NCBI GenBank assembly: GCA_904419095.1
Contig: CAJFQT010000002.1
Location: 1 to 33,916, forward strand
Direction: 5' to 3'
DNA length: 33,916 nt
DNA from: an uncultured Clostridia bacterium
Lineage (GTDB): Bacteria > Bacillota > Clostridia > TANB77 > CAG-508
Shown: positions 27,368 through 33,916 of the stretch, one piece after another
Layout of the letters: each line of letters opens with the position of its first letter
How positions within the stretch are numbered: position 1 is the first letter of the stretch
Position numbers and translations under genes: made by a program
Notes under the pieces: generated by a model
What the model saw: only the letters and a program-made list of their open reading frames with translations
The model's database searches: none
Told to the model about the DNA's origin: nothing

Positions 27368-28495
27368 ATGAAAGTAGTTATAGCAGCAGCAGGAACAGCT
27401 GGTCATATAAACCCAGGAATTGCAATTGCAAATAAAATCAAAGAAGAAGAAAAAGGTTCAGACATAACATTTATTGGTACTACGAGAGGTCTAGAAAATG
27501 ATTTAGTACCTCGAGCTGGATATAAATTAAGAACAATTGATGCATATGGGTTAAGTAAGAAAATTTCTATTGAAAATTTAAAAAAAATGTATAAGACCTT
27601 TAAAGGTCTAGGTGAGGCAAAGGCAATAATAAAAGAATTGAATCCAGATATAGTTATAGGTACTGGTGGATATATTTGTGGTGCGACTATTTCAGCTGCA
27701 CATAGTTTACAAATTCCAACAATCTTACATGAAAGCAATAGTTTTCCAGGAAAAGCGGTAAGAATGCTTGCTAAAAAAACAGATACAATATTAATTTCAT
27801 TTGAAGAGGCTAGAGAAAGAATACCAAAGTGTAAAAATATTGTTTTTACAGGAACGCCTGTTAAAATAAAAAAGAAAAATTTTAGCAAAGAAGAAGTTTT
27901 TAAAATAAAAGAAGATTTAGGAATAAAAAATGAAAAGCCTATTGTATTAATATTTGGCGGAAGTCAAGGTGCTAGAAGAATAAATGAGGCAGTTTTAGGA
28001 ATAATAAAAAATAAATTAAATAAAGATTATCAAATTGTATGGGCAACCGGTCCAAAACAATATGACATAGTCAAAGAAAAACTAGAAGATAGCAATATTA
28101 GTATAAAATATATTGAAAATACAAAAATCTTATCATACATATATAATATGGAAGAGGTAATGAATATAGCTGATTTGATAGTTTCTAGAAGTGGAGCAAT
28201 GACAATAACAGAGATTGCAAATTTAGCTAAACCATCTATTTTAATACCACTTCCAAATGTTAGTAATGATCATCAAATGTATAATGCAAAAGTTTTAGCA
28301 GACAAAAAAGCGGCTGTTATATTTAAAGATGAAGATTTAAATACAGTTGATTTAAATAGCAAAATAAATGAAATTGTTTTAGATAAAAATAAAAGATTGC
28401 AAATGGGAAAAAATGCTTTTACAGTTTCAACAAATAATGTAGAGGATAAAATATGGCATGAAATTCAAAAACTTGTGAAAGGTGAAAGTAAATAG
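27368..28495 (+). CDS. murG: UDP-N-acetylglucosamine--N-acetylmuramyl-(pentapeptide) pyrophosphoryl-undecaprenol GlcNAc transferase
   Basis: MKVVIAAAGTAGHINPG N-terminus, GTGGY, FGGSQGA, SRSGAMT..E and HQ..NA motifs. Start set at ATG 27368 rather than GTG 27332. Confidence 0.9.
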   Translation: MKVVIAAAGTAGHINPGIAIANKIKEEEKGSDITFIGTTRGLENDLVPRAGYKLRTIDAYGLSKKISIENLKKMYKTFKGLGEAKAIIKELNPDIVIGTGGYICGATISAAHSLQIPTILHESNSFPGKAVRMLAKKTDTILISFEEARERIPKCKNIVFTGTPVKIKKKNFSKEEVFKIKEDLGIKNEKPIVLIFGGSQGARRINEAVLGIIKNKLNKDYQIVWATGPKQYDIVKEKLEDSNISIKYIENTKILSYIYNMEEVMNIADLIVSRSGAMTITEIANLAKPSILIPLPNVSNDHQMYNAKVLADKKAAVIFKDEDLNTVDLNSKINEIVLDKNKRLQMGKNAFTVSTNNVEDKIWHEIQKLVKGESK

Positions 28496-28563
28496 AATAA
28501 TATATTGTTAATAAATATGAAAAGAAATTAAAATATTAAAGTATATAGATAGAAGGGAAGCAG

Positions 28564-29919
28564 ATGTTCAAAAAAATAAGGGTAAAGATAATTTTAGGTA
28601 TTATAGTTTTTGCAATTATTTTAATTGCTACTATGAATATAGTTAATATACAGTTAGTTAAAAATAGTGATATAAATCAAGAAATAATTGCAAATATATG
28701 TAATAATATAAAAATTGTAACTATAGTTTCAATAGTAATATTATTAGTTGCAATATTAGTGCTCATAAAAATTTTATCAAAATATGTAATTTATCCGGTG
28801 GACAAGTTAATAAAAAGTGGAGAAAAAATAAATAATTCTAATAAAGAAGATATGATAGATATGATGACATCTGAATTAGAGAACAAGTTAAGTGAAGTAT
28901 CTTCACAAAAAAATCAAATAGAAACAATTTTACTTCATATGACAGATGGAATTATAGCTTTTAATAGACAAGGTGAAATTATTTTAATAAATCCAGCAGC
29001 AAAGCAGTTATTAAGTATCGGACCAGAAGATAATACGTTTGACGATATATTCCAAAAATTCAAATTAGATATTAATATGGAAAAAATTATATATTTAGAA
29101 AACTGGACTTCAACAGAACAAAGAATAGAAGTAGAAGATAAGTTTGTAAATGTTTATTTTGCACCTTTTAAAGATGAATTAGATAGGCCAGATGGAGTAA
29201 TTGCAGTTGTGCAAGATATTACAGAACATGTAAAATTAGATAATATGCAAAAAGAATTTGTGGCAGATGTATCACATGAATTAAAAACACCAATTACTTC
29301 AATAATGGGATATGCTGATACTTTGTTAGAAGGAGATTATGACAAAGAAACTCAAGAAAAATTTTTGAATGTAATTGCATCAGAGTCTAGAAGAATGGCT
29401 AGATTAGTAACAGATTTATTAACTTTATCTAGATATGATAATAATAAGAATAAAACTAAAAAGGTTCAATTTGATTTGGGTGATTTGGTTAAAAAATGTC
29501 AAGAAAAATTAGCAATTGAGATAAAGAAGAAAAATCATGATGTAAAATGTTTTGTAACAGCAGATGTGCCTCTTGTATATGCAGATAAGGATGACATTGA
29601 AAGAGTTATTTTAAATATTTTAACTAATAGTATTAAATATACTAAAGAAAATGGAGAAATTAAAATATATGTTGGATTTGTATATAATGATGCATATATA
29701 AAGATTTTTGATAATGGAATAGGAATTCCAGAAGAAGATTTATCTAGAATTTTTGAAAGATTTTATAGAGTGGATAAGGCTCGTACAAGAGAAATGGGAG
29801 GAACAGGTCTTGGGCTTTCAATTGCTAAAGAAATTTTAGATAAAAATGGTGGAAGCATTGATATAAAAAGTGTTGTGGGAAAAGGAACAGAGGTTGTTGT
29901 TAAGATTCCTACGAAGTAG
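28564..29919 (+). CDS. Membrane sensor histidine kinase (TM - PAS - HisKA - HATPase_c), with no adjacent response regulator
   Basis: Two N-terminal TM helices, a PAS-like segment (ILLHMTDGIIAFNRQGEIILINPAA), the H-box FVADVSHELKTPITSI, the N-box ILTNSIKYT, and G-boxes DNGIGIP and GGTGLGLSIAKEI. Confidence 0.85.
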   Translation: MFKKIRVKIILGIIVFAIILIATMNIVNIQLVKNSDINQEIIANICNNIKIVTIVSIVILLVAILVLIKILSKYVIYPVDKLIKSGEKINNSNKEDMIDMMTSELENKLSEVSSQKNQIETILLHMTDGIIAFNRQGEIILINPAAKQLLSIGPEDNTFDDIFQKFKLDINMEKIIYLENWTSTEQRIEVEDKFVNVYFAPFKDELDRPDGVIAVVQDITEHVKLDNMQKEFVADVSHELKTPITSIMGYADTLLEGDYDKETQEKFLNVIASESRRMARLVTDLLTLSRYDNNKNKTKKVQFDLGDLVKKCQEKLAIEIKKKNHDVKCFVTADVPLVYADKDDIERVILNILTNSIKYTKENGEIKIYVGFVYNDAYIKIFDNGIGIPEEDLSRIFERFYRVDKARTREMGGTGLGLSIAKEILDKNGGSIDIKSVVGKGTEVVVKIPTK

Positions 29920-29967
29920 TGATAATGAGTTTTAATGGAGAATAAAAAGGTAGAATAATTATATAAT

Positions 29968-30029
29968 AAAACTAGTCAAGTATCTTTGAATTTTGTGTTT
30001 CAATTTAAGATTTTTGACTAGTTTTTTTA
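29968..30029 (+). terminator. Terminator-like long hairpin after the histidine kinase
   Basis: aaaactagtcaa ... ttgactagtttt followed by a T-run, with an inner ttgaa/ttcaa sub-stem. Confidence 0.55.
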
Positions 30030-30395
30030 TTTATTGAATTAATTTGATTTATAAATTTAATAAGTACAAAATAAATATAGCATTTTATTAGAAAATTTTC
30101 AATATGCAAAAATAAAAAAAAATTAAAATTAAGATATTTTTTGGTTTTTTTAAATCTTTATTTTTTCTTTAATTTTAGCTTTTGTTGGGTTCATCGATAT
30201 TTTTGTTAATCAAATTAATTTACAAAAAATATAGCATAAATCATTTAATCGTTGGGTAAATTAAACTTAGATAAAAACATACTTAATAAATTAGAATTTT
30301 ATAAATAATCAATAATATTATAGTCTATTTACTGCAACATCTATTTTTTATAAATTTAAATTTTTATTTTACAAAAATTAAGGAGGAATATTTCA

Positions 30396-32150
30396 ATGTA
30401 TTATCAAAAGAAAAATTTTAAAGAAACAAAAGGTATAACATTAATAGCATTAGTACTAACAATAATTATTTTATTAATACTAGCAGGAGTAACAATCTCA
30501 GCGCTTAGTGGAGATAATGGAATATTGAATAATGCGACCAAAGCGAAGGAAGAAACAGAAAAAGCTAGTAGAGAGGAAAATGCAATATTACAAGGTTTAT
30601 TAGATGAAATGGATAATATAAATCCATCAACAGATGGATTTAATGAGGCAAAAAATGTAAATAGTCCAAAATTAAGTCAAGGAATGATACCAATAAAATA
30701 TAATGGCAGTAATTGGGTAGTTTGTGCAGAAGATGACGATGATTGGTATAGTTATGATAATAATAAAAAGTGGGCAAATGTAATGTTAAGTGACGGAAAA
30801 TATAAAGAAGGACAAGTACAAGTGGGACAAGTTGTGGAAGAAAATGAATTAGGAAGTATGTATGTGTGGATACCAAGATATGCATATAAAATAAATGGAA
30901 CAAATAGTATAGATGTTACATTCTTAGCAGGTAACACAAATAGAGATGGAGCAGGTACAGAATATGCAAAAGAATCAGCGGAAGTAGATACAACTACAAC
31001 TAAAATTGTTCATCCAGGATTTACATTAGGAAATAGAGAATTAAGAGGAATATGGGTTGCTAAGTTTGAAGCAAGTGGAACTGATAGCAATGGAAATGCA
31101 GTAGGAAATGCAAGTGCAGATTCTGGTTCACAGAAATATGCACCGGTATCAGGTGTAACAATAGCAAAAAGCTTACCAAATAAAATAAGTTGGAGACATA
31201 TAACTATAGGAGAGAGCGAATATCAAAGTATGCTAATTGCAGGAGATAATAAAGATAAATATGGATTAAATGGGGCAAGTAGTCATCTAATAAAAAACAA
31301 TGAATGGGGAGCAGTAGCATACTTGTGTTATAGTAGTTATGGAACTGTGCCAAAAACTAATAGTTGTGGAACATTAGTTCAAGATAGTCATTGGTATGAT
31401 TTATATACAGGGCAAGGACCAAAAACATCAACAAATGAAGGTTGGTATTCATATGAAGAAGGACATGGATATAATACAACAATAGGAATGTTATCAAGTA
31501 CAACTGGAAACATAACTGGAGTATATGATATGGCGGGAGGAGCTTACGAAAGAGTAGCAGGATATTTAGATAACGGAAATGGAAATTTAAATACTTATGG
31601 AAAAAGTACAAGTAATAGTAGTATAAAATATTTTGAAAGTGGAACTTTAAAATCAGAATATAAAGATTTGTGGAATAGTTATGAAGTAAGTGAAGAAGAA
31701 AAGACAAATAAAATACAAATAGAAGGAGAAGGAACACTAACCCAAAGTCAATTGTGGAATTGGAATAAAAATGATTTAAAATATCAAGAAGCAAGAAAAA
31801 GATTAACACAGGCAATTTATGAAAATATGGCAGTTCATAAAGGAATAGGCATTAATGAAGTATCAACAGGCTTTTCATTTTATGCACCATATAAACCAGC
31901 AGAAACGGCAAAAAATCAGGCTCCATGGGGGTGGTTTAAAAATCCAGAAACAGCAGCAAAAAATAATCCAAGTCAAGAGTATGGAAAAGCATGGAGTAAT
32001 GATAATATGCTAATAGGACATGCTTCGGTGCCGTTCGTTGTGCGTGGTGGTGGTTGCAGTGATGGTAGTGGTGCTGGTGTGCTGTATGCGGGGATTACTG
32101 GTGGTTACGCTAGCAACAACAGCGGGTTCCGCGCTGTGTTGGTCGTGTAG
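30396..32150 (+). CDS. DGR variable (target) protein: prepilin-like N-terminal anchor, large extracellular region, C-terminal lectin/FGE-like variable domain
   Basis: AGGAGG RBS. N-terminus KGITLIALVLTIIILLILAGV resembles a class III (prepilin-type) signal/anchor. The C-terminal ~43 aa (HASVPFVVRGGGCSDGSGAGVLYAGITGGYASNNSGFRAVLVV) are encoded by the VR and end in the GFR-type motif common in C-type-lectin-fold DGR targets. Confidence 0.85.
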   Translation: MYYQKKNFKETKGITLIALVLTIIILLILAGVTISALSGDNGILNNATKAKEETEKASREENAILQGLLDEMDNINPSTDGFNEAKNVNSPKLSQGMIPIKYNGSNWVVCAEDDDDWYSYDNNKKWANVMLSDGKYKEGQVQVGQVVEENELGSMYVWIPRYAYKINGTNSIDVTFLAGNTNRDGAGTEYAKESAEVDTTTTKIVHPGFTLGNRELRGIWVAKFEASGTDSNGNAVGNASADSGSQKYAPVSGVTIAKSLPNKISWRHITIGESEYQSMLIAGDNKDKYGLNGASSHLIKNNEWGAVAYLCYSSYGTVPKTNSCGTLVQDSHWYDLYTGQGPKTSTNEGWYSYEEGHGYNTTIGMLSSTTGNITGVYDMAGGAYERVAGYLDNGNGNLNTYGKSTSNSSIKYFESGTLKSEYKDLWNSYEVSEEEKTNKIQIEGEGTLTQSQLWNWNKNDLKYQEARKRLTQAIYENMAVHKGIGINEVSTGFSFYAPYKPAETAKNQAPWGWFKNPETAAKNNPSQEYGKAWSNDNMLIGHASVPFVVRGGGCSDGSGAGVLYAGITGGYASNNSGFRAVLVV

Positions 32151-32155
32151 CACTT
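32017..32155 (+). repeat. DGR variable repeat (VR), the 3' end of the target gene
   Basis: Aligns to 32234-32372 at a constant offset of 217 nt. Over 32020-32155, 123 of 136 positions are identical and 12 of the 13 mismatches lie opposite TR adenines. It is clearly more GC-rich than the AT-rich surrounding sequence (by eye). Confidence 0.92.
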
Positions 32156-32233
32156 TGAAGTGACCTAGAGCCTAAATACCTTTTTTCGGCACAAATTATT
32201 ATATAGGTATGAAATAAAATACGGGATTAAACT

Positions 32234-32372
32234 GAAATGCTTCGATGCCGTTCGTTGTGCGTGGTGGTAATTGCAATAATGGTAGTGGTGCTGGTGTGCT
32301 GTATGCGAATATTACTAATGGTAACGCTAACAACAACAACGGGTTCCGCGCTGTGTTGGTCGTGTAGCACTT
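32234..32372 (+). repeat. DGR template repeat (TR)
   Basis: A non-coding copy of the VR in the same orientation. In the VR frame it carries 11 AAY (Asn) codons, 9 of which are altered in the VR. A 32-bp identical 3' segment (gggttccgcgctgtgttggtcgtgtagcactt) is consistent with an IMH-like region. Confidence 0.9.
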
Positions 32373-32561
32373 CGATACACAAAGATTATTTTAGTAATCT
32401 ATCCCAGGTAATATTTGTTTAAGGACAAAATTGAGAGTAGTATACTTTAAAGTTAAGACATCAGGATTTGTATCAAAGAAGTTTAATTCCATTGACATGC
32501 ATATGTCATAAACACATAAATAGTAAATTTGTTCTAGTAAGAAATGAAAGTCCAGATTTAT

Positions 32562-32627
32562 AAAAAAATAATTTGCTATAATTCAGATAAGAATAACTTT
32601 GTTTGAATTGTTGCAAATTATTTTTTT
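32562..32627. terminator. Bidirectional terminator-like hairpin between the TR region and the 3' end of the RT gene
   Basis: aaaaaaataatttgc (32562-32576) / gcaaattattttttt (32613-32627). The A-run and T-run flanks allow termination on both strands. Confidence 0.55.
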
Positions 32628-32656
32628 AATAAAATTTTTAAAATAATTTAAATAAT

Positions 32657-33775
32657 TTATAATAAAGAATCTCTTTTAAAATTTTCAATAGATTCAAAAA
32701 ATTTTTTATATTCTTCTTGATAATAACTTTTATTTACTAAAAAATCACATTTGTTTAATATTTTTTGTTGAAGATTATATGAATTACAATGAGATGAATG
32801 TCCAAGCCAAGAATTTAGGCGAGGTAATACTTTTTGAAAATTTAAATTTCCATTTTTGTATAAATTATTCCAGTTTTTAATTTTTCTCTTAATTTTTTTC
32901 TTGCTAGAAGTTCTAAGGAGTCTATGCGTTGAAAAAATTCTATACCCACAAAAATTCACACCCATTTTTGATGGATAATATCTGGATTTATCATTTAAAG
33001 TTAAATGGAGATGTTGAGCAAGGAATTCCTCAATAATTTGTTTATATCTTTTACAATCTAATTTATTTTCTAGTAAAATTATAAAGTCATCCATATATCG
33101 TACATAGTATTTTAAATGTAAAGTTCTTTTTATATATTGATCTAGTTCATTTAAATAAATGTTTGCAAAAAATTGGCTAGTATAATTACCAATAGGAATA
33201 CCAATAGTAGAATTGGAATCAGAACAGCTGAAGATTAATAATTTTGTAAAATCCAATAATTTTTTATCAGATATATATTTTTTCATTATAGAAAATAGAA
33301 TGTTTTTATCTATATTATAAAAAAATTTTTTTATATCACATTTTAAAATCCAATAATCAGGATATGATCTTTGAAAAATTCTCATTTGTTTTTGAATATA
33401 ATCCACAGCTTTGTGAGTTCCTTTATCTGTTAAACAGGCATAAGAAGAAAAAATAAATTTAGGAACTATATAGGGTTTTATAAATTCTTCTATATACCAT
33501 TGATGTACTATTCTGTCTTTGTATGGTAATGCTTGAATAATACGTTCTTTAGGTTCATAAATGATAAAAGAACGATATTTTCCTACCTTATATGTATTAT
33601 TTTTAATATTATTTAAAAGGTTTATAAGATTATTTTCTAAATTAAGTTCAAAATTTATGACTTCATATTTAAATGTTTTGTTTTTTTTTGCTCTGTAATG
33701 TGCAGCAAGAATTTTATCAAAAGTTAAGGAATTATCAAAAGCATTTTTTATCGTTTTAGGCATGATGAAATCCAA
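32657..33775 (-). CDS. DGR-type reverse transcriptase
   Basis: RT motifs: YEPKERIIQALPYKDRIVHQ (motifs 1-2), CDIKKFFYNID (motif 3), IGIPIGNYTSQFFANIYLNELD (motif 4, with the DGR-typical [I/L]G...SQ signature), and YVRYMDDFIIL (motif 5, YMDD). The likely true start is ATG 33763 (MPKTIKNAF), downstream of the AGGAGG RBS. There is no maturase/endonuclease or intron RNA domain. Confidence 0.9.
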   Translation of the reverse strand: MDFIMPKTIKNAFDNSLTFDKILAAHYRAKKNKTFKYEVINFELNLENNLINLLNNIKNNTYKVGKYRSFIIYEPKERIIQALPYKDRIVHQWYIEEFIKPYIVPKFIFSSYACLTDKGTHKAVDYIQKQMRIFQRSYPDYWILKCDIKKFFYNIDKNILFSIMKKYISDKKLLDFTKLLIFSCSDSNSTIGIPIGNYTSQFFANIYLNELDQYIKRTLHLKYYVRYMDDFIILLENKLDCKRYKQIIEEFLAQHLHLTLNDKSRYYPSKMGVNFCGYRIFSTHRLLRTSSKKKIKRKIKNWNNLYKNGNLNFQKVLPRLNSWLGHSSHCNSYNLQQKILNKCDFLVNKSYYQEEYKKFFESIENFKRDSLL

Positions 33776-33916
33776 CCTCCTAACATATTACAGATGTCAG
33801 TTATTAATCTGCACCAATATTCGTAATTTTGAGTAGAAATGTAATGGTATTTATGAGAAAGCCTAATTTGAATTTTTAGCAGATTTAGATTTATATCAAA
33901 TTCATTTAAAAATTTT

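Noticed and set aside
32237-32422. 61-aa + strand ORF (MLRCRSLCVVVIAIMVVVLVCC...) in the ORF track
   Set aside because: This is simply the TR read in a frame different from the VR frame. It has no RBS and its sequence is low-complexity Val/Cys-rich. It is better explained as the non-coding DGR template.
32657-33775. The reverse transcriptase could be a retron or group II intron RT
   Set aside because: An adjacent VR/TR pair with adenine-specific mismatches is present. Motif 4 has the DGR-type ...GNYTSQ signature. There is no maturase (X) or endonuclease domain, no intron domain V/VI-like RNA, and no retron msr/msd-like inverted repeats next to the ORF.
32373-33916. Search for an Avd-type accessory gene
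   Set aside because: No ORF of the expected size (about 100-130 aa) is present on either strand between the TR and the window end. The absence is reported as an observation rather than by calling a gene.

Overview
This is a low-GC chromosomal segment whose proteins look Firmicutes/Clostridia-like, with all but one gene on the + strand. It has four blocks.

(1) Housekeeping genes pyrD, dapF and dapL. dapL carries a 1-nt frameshift.

(2) An ~18 kb Wzx/Wzy-type surface-polysaccharide locus at 4254-22114. It encodes a DegT-type aminotransferase, a small PglC-like priming phosphoglycosyl transferase, a WecD-like N-acetyltransferase, the capE/F/G (fnlA/B/C) UDP-L-FucNAc pathway, several GT4 glycosyltransferases, a pyruvyl transferase, a Wzx flippase and two polymerase/ligase-like membrane proteins. 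A composite ~60-bp inverted repeat pair brackets a ~640-bp ultra-AT-rich leader in front of the locus. Three copies of a long palindromic repeat family interrupt it.

(3) pyrF, then a reduced cell-wall cluster murE-mraY-ftsW/spoVE-murG plus an orphan histidine kinase. ftsW also carries a 1-nt frameshift.

(4) The most notable system is a diversity-generating retroelement (DGR) at 30396-33775. A 584-aa protein with a prepilin-like N-terminus ends in a GC-rich variable repeat (VR, 32017-32155). Its template repeat (TR, 32234-32372) lies 78 bp downstream (offset 217 bp) and differs from the VR almost only at TR adenines in AAY codons. A DGR-type reverse transcriptase (IGNYTSQ and YMDD motifs) is encoded convergently on the minus strand. 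No Avd-like accessory ORF is visible in the window.

No tRNA, rRNA, CRISPR array or transposase was seen.
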